From: an uncultured Dehalococcoidales bacterium
Lineage (GTDB): Bacteria > Chloroflexota > Dehalococcoidia > GIF9 > AB-539-J10
Length of the DNA stretch: 64,000 bases
Direction of reading: 5' to 3'
Assembly (NCBI GenBank): GCA_964509565.1
Contig: CAZDXE010000001.1
Span: 3,670-67,669 of the forward strand
In this document: one piece after another, positions 1 through 9,703 of the stretch
Layout: every line of letters starts with the position of its first letter
Numbering within the stretch: the first letter of the stretch is position 1
The notes under the pieces: model-generated
The model's database searches: none
Told to the model about the DNA's origin: nothing
Seen by the model: only the letters and a program-made list of their open reading frames with translations
Program-made: the position numbers and the translations under genes

Positions 1-301
1 TGGGAACAGCTATGATTATGAAATCGCCTTTCCCTATCTCTTTTGCGTCCGCAGTGAAAATCAGATTAGTCGGCGGTTGAGAATTGGCAGTCGGGGCTTT
101 GTGAATGGATGGATTGAGTGCTGACTCTTGATTAGCAGGCTTAAGATTCTTTAGTTGCTTTACTCTTTGGGCATCGGTGTCAAAGCCAATTACCCTCAGG
201 CTTTTGGAAAAAGCCTCTGCCAGGGGTAACCCCACGTATCCCAGGCCAACAATACACACTACAGAGTTAGTTAGTCGATAATCATCAATCTGATAGCTCA
301 C
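1..301 (-). CDS. UDP-glucose/GDP-mannose 6-dehydrogenase family protein, N-terminal part; gene runs off the window start
   Basis: Minus-strand translation from GTG (299-301) gives VSYQIDDYRLTNSVVCIVGLGYVGLPLAEAFSKSLRVIGFDTD..., a Rossmann GxGYVG NAD-binding N-terminus typical of UDP-sugar dehydrogenases. TAA lies one codon upstream of the GTG, and AAGGAG sits 8 nt upstream. Not in the ORF track because it is truncated by the window edge. Confidence 0.72.
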   Translation of the reverse strand, partial: MSYQIDDYRLTNSVVCIVGLGYVGLPLAEAFSKSLRVIGFDTDAQRVKQLKNLKPANQESALNPSIHKAPTANSQPPTNLIFTADAKEIGKGDFIIIAVP

Positions 302-522
302 CAGTTAACTCCTTTCAGGTATTTTGGGAAGCCTGTGATAATACGTGCTGTTTCGCTCGCCATTCCATAAATTCGTTCAGAATCATCATCTGTAATATAG
401 CCCAAATCCCTGGAGATATAAAATTGACTCTGGATTTCAGCTCCCGACCCCAGGGCGATATACATAAATTGAATGAATTCTTTATCGGTTTGTATTGCAT
501 ATCCTTTAGCAATGTTGCTCAT
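298..522 (-). pseudogene. Four-helix-bundle protein (TIGR02436-type, formerly '23S rRNA intervening sequence protein'), N-terminally truncated fragment
   Basis: The 74-aa ORF MSNIAKGYAIQ..EFIQFMYIALGSGAEIQSQFYISRDLGYI matches the C-terminal two helices of this family, which has NIAEG and IA.GS motifs. Only 23 nt separate it from the upstream epimerase stop, so the N-terminal ~45 aa of the usual ~115-120 aa protein cannot be encoded. Confidence 0.5.
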
Positions 523-544
523 TGCGTTCTATTTTCATTCCTGG

Positions 545-1495
545 CTATTCGGCTATCCGCTGCAGACTATTGATACTTTCTCTTAGTCCTTCTTTCAGAC
601 TGTATTTCGGGTTGTAGCCAAATGTCCTGGCGCGGGAGATATCCGCCAGGCTGTGTTTCACATCGCCTGCTCTCGGCTCTTCATGGGTTGGCACAACGTT
701 ATTGCCTGCAAATCCAATAATAATTTCAGCTAGCTGATTTATGCTGGTTTTCTCCCCTTTGCCAATATTAAAAACGCCGCTGGCTTCAGCTTCTGCCGCC
801 AGGATGTTTGCCTCCACTACGTCCCTGACAAAGGTGAAATCCCTGCTCTGCTCCCCGTCTCCAAAAATGACAGGAGCTTTTCCCTGAGAAACACTGGTTA
901 TGAATCTGGGAATTACCGCAGCGTACTGGGAATTCGGGTCCTGGCCTGGACCATAAACATTAAAGTATCTCAGGCAGGCAGCAGAAAGTCCGTAAACCTC
1001 TTGAAAGACCTGGCAGTAATATTCCCCGGCAACTTTGGTTACAGCATAGGGAGATTGAGGATTGGGTGGCATATCTTCCCTCTTGGGCAGGGTTGGAGTA
1101 TCACCGTATACAGAGGAGGATGAGGCATAAACCACTTTCTTGACGCCACTATCTCTCGCTGCCAGGAGCACATTTAAAGTTCCAGTCATGTTTACCTCAT
1201 GTGAAGCCAGAGGATTCTTTACACTTCGAGGAACGCTGGGGAGAGCCGCCTGGTGGAATATAAAATCGGCTCCACAAAACACTTTCTGCAACAAAGGCAA
1301 ATCGGTAATGCTACCCTTTATAAAATCCGCATTGCTATGCTCTGTTGAATTAAGCAGAGCAGCGATGTTTTCTTGTTTTCCAGTAGAGAGGTCATCGAGG
1401 ATAGTTACATGATAGCCCCGCTTCACTAATTCATTGGCTAGATGTGAACCTATGAATCCAGCACCACCGGTGACTATCACTCTCTTGTTTTTAAC
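545..1495 (-). CDS. NAD-dependent epimerase/dehydratase (extended SDR; UDP-sugar 4-epimerase, WbpP/Gne-like)
   Basis: VIVTGGAGFIGSHLANEL glycine-rich NAD motif, YxxxK region, about 315 aa. The likely start is MVKNKRV; the ORF-track N-terminal extension MCKIWF.. is probably not translated. Confidence 0.85.
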   Translation of the reverse strand, partial: VKNKRVIVTGGAGFIGSHLANELVKRGYHVTILDDLSTGKQENIAALLNSTEHSNADFIKGSITDLPLLQKVFCGADFIFHQAALPSVPRSVKNPLASHEVNMTGTLNVLLAARDSGVKKVVYASSSSVYGDTPTLPKREDMPPNPQSPYAVTKVAGEYYCQVFQEVYGLSAACLRYFNVYGPGQDPNSQYAAVIPRFITSVSQGKAPVIFGDGEQSRDFTFVRDVVEANILAAEAEASGVFNIGKGEKTSINQLAEIIIGFAGNNVVPTHEEPRAGDVKHSLADISRARTFGYNPKYSLKEGLRESINSLQRIAE

Positions 1496-1683
1496 CATTT
1501 CTGTTAATAAACAGCATATGCTGCTATTGATAAACCAAATCTTACACAATCGAATAGTTTGTTACAATATGTGCAAATTAAGCATAGAGCCAGCAAATCA
1601 GCCAGCACAAGCGGTTGCACTCCTATACTAATTATGCTACATTACACGAGATTCGTCGATTGTTGTGTGAAGTTGAAAAGATA

Positions 1684-2469
1684 ATGGAAAGTGTGTCAGT
1701 AAAAGAACTCCTGGAAGCAGGTGCTCACTTCGGTCATCAGACCAGTTATTGGCATCCCAAGATGAAGGAATATATCTTCACGCAGCGCAATGGGATACAC
1801 ATAATAGATTTGGAGCAAACAGTCAAGATGCTGAACGAAGCATGCGCCTTCGTCAAAGAGTTGATTTCCAGTGGACAAAGCATTTGTTTTGTAGGCACCA
1901 AGAGACAGGCTCAGCAAGTCATAGAGGAGGAAGCTAAGAGATGTGGTGCATATTATGTCAACCAAAGATGGCTTGGCGGGATGTTGACTAATTTCACCAC
2001 TATACAAACTCGGATTGATTATCTGGTTCGCCTGGAAGACAGAAAGGAGAAGGGCGAATTTGATTATCTACCTAAAAAGGAAAGCTCAAAATTGGAAAAG
2101 AAAATCATGCACATGAATGGCCAATTGGGAGGATTTAAGGAGATGACTTCTATCCCCGGGGCTATCTTCATTGCGGACCCTATCAAGGATAAAATCGCCT
2201 TCGCTGAGGCCAAAAAACTGGACGTTCCTGTGATAGCTGTTACAGATACTAACTGCAACCCCGACGGTATTGATTACCCCATCCCTGCCAATGATGATGC
2301 CATTAAAACAATCAGGTTAATTTGCTCCAAAATAGCTGATGCCGTGCTCGAGAGCCGGGAAATACCAGTTCCCCCTGAGGAGACAGGAAATCCCGAATTG
2401 ACATCTCTGGAGTCAGAGGAGCCTATAGAAATTATGGGTTCTTACACATTTGAACCAGATCAAGATTAA
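1684..2469 (+). CDS. rpsB: 30S ribosomal protein S2
   Basis: MESVSVKELLEAGAHFGHQTSYWHPKMKEYIF... is a canonical S2 N-terminus. Start placed at the ATG at 1684, not the upstream ORF-track extension. Confidence 0.95.
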   Translation: MESVSVKELLEAGAHFGHQTSYWHPKMKEYIFTQRNGIHIIDLEQTVKMLNEACAFVKELISSGQSICFVGTKRQAQQVIEEEAKRCGAYYVNQRWLGGMLTNFTTIQTRIDYLVRLEDRKEKGEFDYLPKKESSKLEKKIMHMNGQLGGFKEMTSIPGAIFIADPIKDKIAFAEAKKLDVPVIAVTDTNCNPDGIDYPIPANDDAIKTIRLICSKIADAVLESREIPVPPEETGNPELTSLESEEPIEIMGSYTFEPDQD

Positions 2470-2484
2470 ATCGAGGTTATTTGA

Positions 2485-2988
2485 ATGAAAATGTCAACTG
2501 AAATTATCAAGGAAGTAAGGGGAAGAACTAGCGCTGGTGTGCTTGAGTGTAAAAACGCGCTGCTGAAAACGGATGGAGATATAGAAAAAGCCATTGCGAA
2601 TTTAAGGAGTCGTGGATTAGCAATTGCCGAGAAGAAATCGTCACGTATGACCAGCAAGGGAATAATCGAAACATACATTCATCATACAGGGCAGATAGGG
2701 GTTTTGATAGAGATAAATTGCGAGACGGATTTTGTAACCCACACTGACGAATTCAAGCAACTTGCTCATGACATGGCTATGCAGGTAGCCGCTGCACACC
2801 CCCAATTTGTTACTGCGGAAGAAATACCGGCAGACGCAGATCTGGACCCGAAGGAAGTTTGCCTTCTTCTCCAACCTTTTATTAAAGACCCGGATAAGTC
2901 TGTGGAGGAAATTATTGCTGAAACGATAGGCAAGGTGGGCGAGAATATAAAGATACGCAGATTTGTCAGATTTGAAGTTGGCTGCTAG
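2485..2988 (+). CDS. tsf: Elongation factor Ts (short form)
   Basis: Immediately downstream of rpsB. N-terminal UBA-like GVLECKNALLKTDGDIEKAIANLR and the dimerisation core. GAGGT SD upstream. Confidence 0.9.
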   Translation: MKMSTEIIKEVRGRTSAGVLECKNALLKTDGDIEKAIANLRSRGLAIAEKKSSRMTSKGIIETYIHHTGQIGVLIEINCETDFVTHTDEFKQLAHDMAMQVAAAHPQFVTAEEIPADADLDPKEVCLLLQPFIKDPDKSVEEIIAETIGKVGENIKIRRFVRFEVGC

Positions 2989-3024
2989 TTAATTACACCT
3001 TTATTCCTCACCGAGGACAGTTTG

Positions 3025-3582
3025 ATGATTGAGGAAACACTTATCGACCTAAACTCAAAAATGCAGAAAGCTGTTGACGGTTTGGCACAAGAATTGACTA
3101 CAATCCGTACCGGACGTGCTAATCCAGCTCTAATTGAAAATATTGCGGTTGATTATCATGGAGCACTCGTTCCAATCCACCAAATTGCCAGTCTATCCAC
3201 ACCTGAAGCTAATCTAATCGTTATTCAACCATGGGACCGAACTTCAGTGAGTAATATTGAGAAAGCTATTCTCAAAGCGGATATTGGCCTTAATCCCATG
3301 AATGATGGCAATATAATTAGAGTGGTTATTCCACCTCTCAGTGAAGAGCGGCGCATAAAGCTAGCAAAGTCGGTATCCCAAAAAGTGGAAGAGCGGCGCG
3401 TGGTGCTGCGCAATGTAAGGCGTGATAGCATCGCAAAGTTGAAGGAGTTAGAGAAAAATAAAGAAATATCGCAAGACGAACTAAAAATTAGTATCAAAAA
3501 AGTTGATGGAATCAGCAATACTTTTATAGACAAGGCAAATAGCATAGGTTTAAATAAAGAAAGAGAAATAAAAGAAATATAA
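3025..3582 (+). CDS. frr: Ribosome recycling factor
   Basis: MIEETLIDLNSKMQKAVDGLAQELTTIRTGRANPALIENIAVDYHG... is a textbook RRF. The ATG at 3025 is preferred over the TTG at 3022. GAGGA SD. Confidence 0.93.
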   Translation: MIEETLIDLNSKMQKAVDGLAQELTTIRTGRANPALIENIAVDYHGALVPIHQIASLSTPEANLIVIQPWDRTSVSNIEKAILKADIGLNPMNDGNIIRVVIPPLSEERRIKLAKSVSQKVEERRVVLRNVRRDSIAKLKELEKNKEISQDELKISIKKVDGISNTFIDKANSIGLNKEREIKEI

Positions 3583-3689
3583 CCTCAACATTTACAGCGG
3601 ATTTGAATGAAGATCCCCCTATAACGTATGTGGCGTTCAAAAAAGATACCAGTTTGTTGCAATTTAGAAAAGAGCGGTGAGATAAAGTT

Positions 3690-4487
3690 ATGTCTAAGCA
3701 GAGAATTATCACCGCTGCTGTAGGTATCCCCGTTGTTATTTTCGCTGTTTGGATTGGCGATCCAGTATTTAGTTTGTTCATCGCTGCTGTGGCATTAACA
3801 GGCGCTTTCGAGCTCTATCACATGGCTCTCGGTCCAGGGCAACCCCTGATCTATATTGGCTTGCTATGGACACTAGCGCTTGCGTTGAGCCCTCACTACG
3901 CAAATATTTTACCTCTAGTCATGACAGCCACAATAGTAATTTCCTTGATTGGGCTATTGTGTTGTTCACCACGAGAAAGGGCATTTTATAACTGGGCGTG
4001 GATAGCTGCTGGTGCCCTGTACGTAGGATGGATGCTTAGCTACTGGCTCAACTTGCGACTTCTAGAAGGCGGCAGGTATTGGGTTTTCTTAGCTATGTTT
4101 ACCACATTTGCCAACGACACAGGCGCTTTTTTCGTAGGGAGAACATGGGGAAAGCAAAAATTAGCCTCTGCCATAAGCCCTGGCAAAACCTGGGGAGGAG
4201 CATTTGGTGGCTTTTTAAGTGCTATCGCAGTCGCCAGTATAGTATTTCTAATTCTTAATCGATTTGCCACTTTACCTTTTGGGTACTGGCAAATCCTACC
4301 TCTGGCCTGTCTTGTTAGCCTCTTTGCTCAACTTGGTGACCTGGTTGAATCTTTATTCAAGCGAAACATGGGGGTAAAAGAATCAGGTAGTTTACTGCCA
4401 GGACATGGGGGCATACTCGACCGTTTTGACAGTCTTATCTTTGTCGGAGCAATAGTATATTATTATGCAATATGGGTAACAGCATAA
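3690..4487 (+). CDS. cdsA: Phosphatidate cytidylyltransferase
   Basis: Multi-pass membrane protein with the CdsA signature region ...SPGKTWGGAFGGFLSAIAV... and C-terminal GHGGILDRFDS. Confidence 0.9.
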   Translation: MSKQRIITAAVGIPVVIFAVWIGDPVFSLFIAAVALTGAFELYHMALGPGQPLIYIGLLWTLALALSPHYANILPLVMTATIVISLIGLLCCSPRERAFYNWAWIAAGALYVGWMLSYWLNLRLLEGGRYWVFLAMFTTFANDTGAFFVGRTWGKQKLASAISPGKTWGGAFGGFLSAIAVASIVFLILNRFATLPFGYWQILPLACLVSLFAQLGDLVESLFKRNMGVKESGSLLPGHGGILDRFDSLIFVGAIVYYYAIWVTA

Positions 4488-5599
4488 AAAAAATAGCTGT
4501 CCTGGGCTCAACTGGCTCCATAGGCCAGCAAACACTGAACATTATTAGTGCCCTCGACACAAGATTTCGTGTAATTGGCTTAACAGGTGGAAACAATCTC
4601 AGGCTTCTGGAAAGGCAAATTAAGGAATTTAGACCTGAGATGTTTTATTCTTCCGCTAAACCTGATTTCGACTGTAGCAGCAAATTCCTCTCCATGGAGG
4701 AAATAGCTAGTCACCCTGATGTTGACCTGGTTGTTGTAGCTACTTCAGGCAAGGAAGGATTGAACCCCACTCTGGCAGCTCTACGGGCAGGTAAAACGGT
4801 GGCTTTAGCTAACAAGGAAATACTGGTAATGGCAGGAGAAATTATCACTCGCGAAGCCAGCCTCCATCAAACTCAAATTCGACCTATCGATAGTGAACAC
4901 AGCGCTATCTGGCAATGCTTGCGTGGCGAAGAAAGCAAACCACAAAAAATATTTCTAACTGCCTCTGGTGGGCCCTTTTATCACTATTCCCAGTCACAAC
5001 TAAATAAAGTAACAGTGAAACAGGCCCTTGCTCACCCTACATGGAAAATGGGGAAGAAAATCACCATTGATTCGGCAACACTTATGAACAAAGGACTTGA
5101 AGTTATTGAAGCTCACTGGCTTTTTGATATTCCTATGGATAGCATTGAAATATTGATTCATCCACAAAGCATTATTCATTCTATGGTGGAATTTGTAGAT
5201 GGTTCAGTGAAAGCACAGCTTAGCTTTCCCGATATGAGATTACCTATCCAATATGCTCTCTGTTATCCGGACAGGCTATCCAATTTAGAATTACCTCGTC
5301 TGGATATGAACAAAGTTCAATCGATGAAGTTTGAGCCGATAGACCTGAATGAATTCCCCTGTCTTGCACTAGCACTTAATGCTGGTAGGCAAGGAGGAAC
5401 TTACCCCACTGTGCTTTGTGCTGCCGGTGAAGTGGCTGTGGAGCTTTTCCTTAACGAGGATATCAGTTTTATCGACATAGCTACAATAGTGGAGAAAACG
5501 CTGGAGCAACACCAGAGCATTATTCAACCATCTGTAGAGGAAATTCTGGCTGCTGATATCTGGGCTAGAGAATGTGTAAGGAAACGGAGAGCAAAGTAA
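4472..5599 (+). CDS. dxr: 1-deoxy-D-xylulose 5-phosphate reductoisomerase
   Basis: KKIAVLGSTGSIGQQTLNII NADPH-binding N-terminus and conserved Dxr core. Overlaps the cdsA 3' end by 16 nt. Confidence 0.93.
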   Translation: MGNSIKKIAVLGSTGSIGQQTLNIISALDTRFRVIGLTGGNNLRLLERQIKEFRPEMFYSSAKPDFDCSSKFLSMEEIASHPDVDLVVVATSGKEGLNPTLAALRAGKTVALANKEILVMAGEIITREASLHQTQIRPIDSEHSAIWQCLRGEESKPQKIFLTASGGPFYHYSQSQLNKVTVKQALAHPTWKMGKKITIDSATLMNKGLEVIEAHWLFDIPMDSIEILIHPQSIIHSMVEFVDGSVKAQLSFPDMRLPIQYALCYPDRLSNLELPRLDMNKVQSMKFEPIDLNEFPCLALALNAGRQGGTYPTVLCAAGEVAVELFLNEDISFIDIATIVEKTLEQHQSIIQPSVEEILAADIWARECVRKRRAK

Positions 5600-5602
5600 G
5601 AA

Positions 5603-6919
5603 ATGGATATTCCTATAGCAATTATACTTTTCATTATAGCTCTCTTCCTTATAATCTCACTTCATGAGCTAGGACATTTCATTACTGCCAAGCGCCTTGG
5701 AGTAGAGATAGAAGAATTTGGCTTTGGTTTTCCCCCACGGCTTTTCAGCATTAAGCGAGGTGAGACGGTATATTCACTTAATGCAATACCAGTAGGAGCC
5801 TTTGTCAGGAGCGTTGGCGAGGATGACCCCACAGTGCCACGAAGCCTAGCTAGCAAAGGCCCGTGGAGCAGGTTAGCGATCTATGCAGCAGGCCCATTAG
5901 TTAATGTTCTTTTAGCCTTCATTTTGATTAGCGCTTTCCTTGCATTACCTGTAAACGTGGTAGCCGGCAACGGAGTTATGGTGCACTCCGTGATGGAAAA
6001 TTCGGTGGCAGAAGAGGCTGGTATTGAAGCTGGAGATATAATTCTAGAAATAGATGGGGTGCACATACACAAATGGGGAGACATGCAGAATATAATTAAT
6101 TCAAGTAAGGAAGGCCAGAAATTAACCTTCCGCTTGCAAAAAGATAAAAGCTCCTATGAAACTAAATTGCAACCTCAATATGACTCTGAGTTAGGTCGGC
6201 GGCTCATTGGTGTTCTGTTAGGCTGGAATATAGTAAACAAAGTACTGGAAAGCTCGCCAGCGGATAAGGCTGGTATTATTCCTGGAGATACCATATTGGG
6301 CATTAATGGGCAGGCTGTATATAGCAAAGAAGCTATGTCTGCTGTTCTGAGTGCCGTTGAAGAAGGACAGGAAATACAACTAACTTTGCTCAGGGGAGAA
6401 GAAGCAGTTACGGTTAGCATGGTTAATGAATTAGACTCTGCTCAACAGAACATGGGTGCTGAATTACTTTGGGTGAATGAAACTCACATGGAAAAAGAGC
6501 GAATTCCTATAGGGGAAGCAGTCTATGCAGGAGCTAGCTATGTTATTCATATGCCTGCCATGTTAGTAGCCGCTATTCCGTTAATAAGAGAGGATCCAGG
6601 CAAAGCTCTGGTTGGGCCGATAGGAGCTGGCCAATTAACTGTAGAAGTAGTAAAGACATTTGGCTTCAGCAATATAATATTTATGGCTGGCATTATTAGC
6701 CTGGGAGTCGCTCTGTTTAATTTCTTCCCATTTCCCCCGCTGGATGGAGGAGGCATGCTTGTTGCATTTATTGAGGGGATTAGACGAGGGAAACGTCTCT
6801 CCCGTCGCACTGTACGATTAGCTCAAACTATAGGAACTGCAACGTTAGTTGCACTTATGATTATGATAACATTTAAGGATATACTACGCCTAATTCAGGG
6901 CGGAGGTTTTGGATTATGA
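5603..6919 (+). CDS. rseP: RIP (site-2) zinc metalloprotease RseP family with PDZ domains
   Basis: HELGHF (HExxH) in the first TM helix, two PDZ-like segments, C-terminal LDGG motif. Canonical position after dxr. Confidence 0.88.
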   Translation: MDIPIAIILFIIALFLIISLHELGHFITAKRLGVEIEEFGFGFPPRLFSIKRGETVYSLNAIPVGAFVRSVGEDDPTVPRSLASKGPWSRLAIYAAGPLVNVLLAFILISAFLALPVNVVAGNGVMVHSVMENSVAEEAGIEAGDIILEIDGVHIHKWGDMQNIINSSKEGQKLTFRLQKDKSSYETKLQPQYDSELGRRLIGVLLGWNIVNKVLESSPADKAGIIPGDTILGINGQAVYSKEAMSAVLSAVEEGQEIQLTLLRGEEAVTVSMVNELDSAQQNMGAELLWVNETHMEKERIPIGEAVYAGASYVIHMPAMLVAAIPLIREDPGKALVGPIGAGQLTVEVVKTFGFSNIIFMAGIISLGVALFNFFPFPPLDGGGMLVAFIEGIRRGKRLSRRTVRLAQTIGTATLVALMIMITFKDILRLIQGGGFGL

Positions 6920-7962
6920 CGCGCCGTATTACCATGCCCTTGAGGATTGGTAAAGTAACGATTGGTGGTACTGCCCCAATTGCAGTACAATCGATGACTA
7001 AAACTAATACTCGGGATGTGCAGGCTACAATAAACCAGATTAGGAACCTGGAAGAGCATGGCTGTGAAATAATTCGCCTGGCAGTGCCGGATGAACAAGC
7101 TGCTGAAAGCATCTCTGCTATAAAAAAGAGTGTTTCATCCCCTCTCATTGCCGATGTTCATTTTGATTATCACATAGCTTTAGCTGCCATAAGTGCTGGT
7201 GCTGATGGAATTCGACTTAACCCGGGCAATATTCGTGATAGGGATCAAATGATGAAGGTAATAGCTGCTGCTAAAGAAAGTGAAACACCTATTCGCATCG
7301 GGGTAAATGCAGGCAGTTTACCTCCTGATTTCGAACCCGAAATTTCGTTAGCTGAACGGATGGTTGACCTGGCAATGGAGCAGATAAAATTCATGGAGAG
7401 CCTGGATTTTAATTTGATTAAAATATCGCTTAAGGCTTTCGATGTGCCTGCTACTATACAAGCTTACCAGATGATTGCTGCTAGAACATCTTACCCTTTG
7501 CATCTGGGTATCACTGAAGCTGGACTTCCTCGAGACGGTGCTATAAGAAGCGCTATAGGCATTGGCGTGCTTCTATACCAGGGCATTGGTGATACTATTC
7601 GTGTCTCCCTTAGTGCTAACCCCTGTGAGGAAGTATCTGCTGCTTATGAAATTCTGAAAAGTCTGAAACTGCGTCAGCGGGGCCCAACGCTGGTATGTTG
7701 TCCTTCCTGTGGCAGGAGTGAAACAGATGTGATTAAATTAGCCCAGGAAGTAGATAAATATCTGAAAAAGATACGTGAACCAATTAAGGTAGCGGTTATG
7801 GGTTGCATAGTCAACGGCCCCGGAGAAGCTAAAGATGCTGATGTGGGTATTGCCTGTGGCAAGGGTAAAGGTGCTATATTCAGGAAGGGTAAAGTGGTAA
7901 AGACAGTGAGCGAGGAGAAATTCCTGGAATCGCTGGAAAAGGAGATAGAAAAAATTGTTTAA
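6916..7962 (+). CDS. ispG: 4-hydroxy-3-methylbut-2-en-1-yl diphosphate synthase (IspG/GcpE)
   Basis: IGKVTIGGTAPIAVQSMTKT..., C-terminal CPSCGR..GC cluster motif. 4-nt overlap with rseP. Confidence 0.93.
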   Translation: MTRRITMPLRIGKVTIGGTAPIAVQSMTKTNTRDVQATINQIRNLEEHGCEIIRLAVPDEQAAESISAIKKSVSSPLIADVHFDYHIALAAISAGADGIRLNPGNIRDRDQMMKVIAAAKESETPIRIGVNAGSLPPDFEPEISLAERMVDLAMEQIKFMESLDFNLIKISLKAFDVPATIQAYQMIAARTSYPLHLGITEAGLPRDGAIRSAIGIGVLLYQGIGDTIRVSLSANPCEEVSAAYEILKSLKLRQRGPTLVCCPSCGRSETDVIKLAQEVDKYLKKIREPIKVAVMGCIVNGPGEAKDADVGIACGKGKGAIFRKGKVVKTVSEEKFLESLEKEIEKIV

Positions 7963-7987
7963 ATTCAGGACTATGAGGCTTTAAAGA

Positions 7988-9703
7988 ATGCGTTTTTCTA
8001 AACTTTTTGGCAAAACTTCACGACAAACTCCAGCGGAAGCTGAGGGCATAAGTCATCAGTTGTTGCTCAGAGCAGGCATGATAGCCCAGATAGCTTCCGG
8101 AATCTATTCCTATTTACCCCTGGGCTGGCGAGTACTCAAAAAAATAGAACAGATAATCAGGGAGGAAATTAATATAACAGGCGGGCAAGAATTGATGCTG
8201 CCAGTGCTGCAGCCTTTTCAGCTATGGCAGCAATCAGGTCGTTATGTTTCCTTCGGTGAATCCCTGTTTACGCTGAAGGATAGAAAAGAACATGACCTGG
8301 TTTTGGGCCCTACTCACGAGGAGGTTATCACAGAGCTTGTTCATCGCTATGTGCAAAGTTATCGTGATCTCCCACTACTGCTGTATCAAATACAAACTAA
8401 GTTCCGTGACGAGCCTCGCCCCCGTGGCGGATTGCTGAGAGTTCGCGAATTTATCATGAAAGATCTCTACAGTTTTGATATTACTGGAGCTGGACTGGAT
8501 GAAAGCTATAAAAAAATGGCTCAAGCTTACAAGAATATTTATGCTCGCTTGGGCTTGCCTGTTCTGATGGTAGAAGCTGATAGTGGTGCCATAGGCGGCA
8601 AAGAATCCCATGAGTTTATGGTTATCACTGACTCTGGAGAAGATGAAATTATTTATTGTTCCAGTTGTGGCTATACTGCTAATACAGAAAAGGCTCAATT
8701 TGCTAAAACAGAGATAGCTACTGGAGGCATGTTACCTCTGGAAGAAATATCCACCCCAGGCACAAAAACTATAGAAGAAGTAGCTAGTTTTATTGGTGTG
8801 CCTGCAAATCAGACGCTTAAAGCCGTGTTTTACTCTGCTGATGACGAATTTATTATTGTAGTTATACGAGGCGACCTGGAAGTAAATGAAATAAAGTTAC
8901 GGAATGCACTGAAGTGTTCTGAACTTAGATTAGCCACAGAGGGTGAAGTAAATGAGGCAGGCATAGTGGCTGGTTTTACCTCACCTGTAGGAGTAAAAGG
9001 TATCAGAGTTATTGCTGATGACTCACTCACTTTGGGTTCGAATTTTATTGTTGGGGCTAACAAAATAGGATACCACTTCAGAAATGCCAATTACCCTAGA
9101 GATTTTCAGGTTGATTTTATAGCTGATATTGCCTTGGCTCGTGCTGGGTATAAATGTTCTAACTGTGACAACAAACTATCCTCTGCACACGGTATTGAAG
9201 TGGGGCACATATTCAAATTGGGTACGTTTCTCAGTGAGAAACTAGGAGCGAGTTTCCTCAATAGCGATGGTATACTTCAGCCTGTAATCATGGGTTGCTA
9301 TGGCATTGGGTTGGGACGTCTTTTAGCCGCAATAATAGAGCAAAGCCATGATGATAAAGGAATTATTTGGCCACTCTCTGCTGCTCCTTATCAAACCTGC
9401 CTTTGCTCACTTTGTATGGATGATTCTGTGATCGCCTCTGTATCAGAAGACGTCTATCAAAAACTAAATAAGGAAGGAATCGAAGTTCTCTATGATGACC
9501 GGGATGAATCCCCTGGAGTTAAGTTCAACGATGCTGACCTTTTAGGCATACCTCTGCGCTTGACCTTAAGCCCACGCACCTTAAAAAAGCAAAGCATAGA
9601 GATAAAATGGCGCACAGAAAAGGAATTTCAACTTTTGTCTCTGGATAATATTGCCTCAACAATTAAAACACTGTTGAGGGAGAAAACTAGTCTCTTAAAG
9701 TAG
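7988..9703 (+). CDS. proS: Prolyl-tRNA synthetase
   Basis: Class II aaRS motifs with ProRS-specific LLRAGMIAQIASGIYSYLPLGWRVLKKIE. 571 aa, bacterial type with an editing-domain insertion. Confidence 0.93.
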   Translation: MRFSKLFGKTSRQTPAEAEGISHQLLLRAGMIAQIASGIYSYLPLGWRVLKKIEQIIREEINITGGQELMLPVLQPFQLWQQSGRYVSFGESLFTLKDRKEHDLVLGPTHEEVITELVHRYVQSYRDLPLLLYQIQTKFRDEPRPRGGLLRVREFIMKDLYSFDITGAGLDESYKKMAQAYKNIYARLGLPVLMVEADSGAIGGKESHEFMVITDSGEDEIIYCSSCGYTANTEKAQFAKTEIATGGMLPLEEISTPGTKTIEEVASFIGVPANQTLKAVFYSADDEFIIVVIRGDLEVNEIKLRNALKCSELRLATEGEVNEAGIVAGFTSPVGVKGIRVIADDSLTLGSNFIVGANKIGYHFRNANYPRDFQVDFIADIALARAGYKCSNCDNKLSSAHGIEVGHIFKLGTFLSEKLGASFLNSDGILQPVIMGCYGIGLGRLLAAIIEQSHDDKGIIWPLSAAPYQTCLCSLCMDDSVIASVSEDVYQKLNKEGIEVLYDDRDESPGVKFNDADLLGIPLRLTLSPRTLKKQSIEIKWRTEKEFQLLSLDNIASTIKTLLREKTSLLK

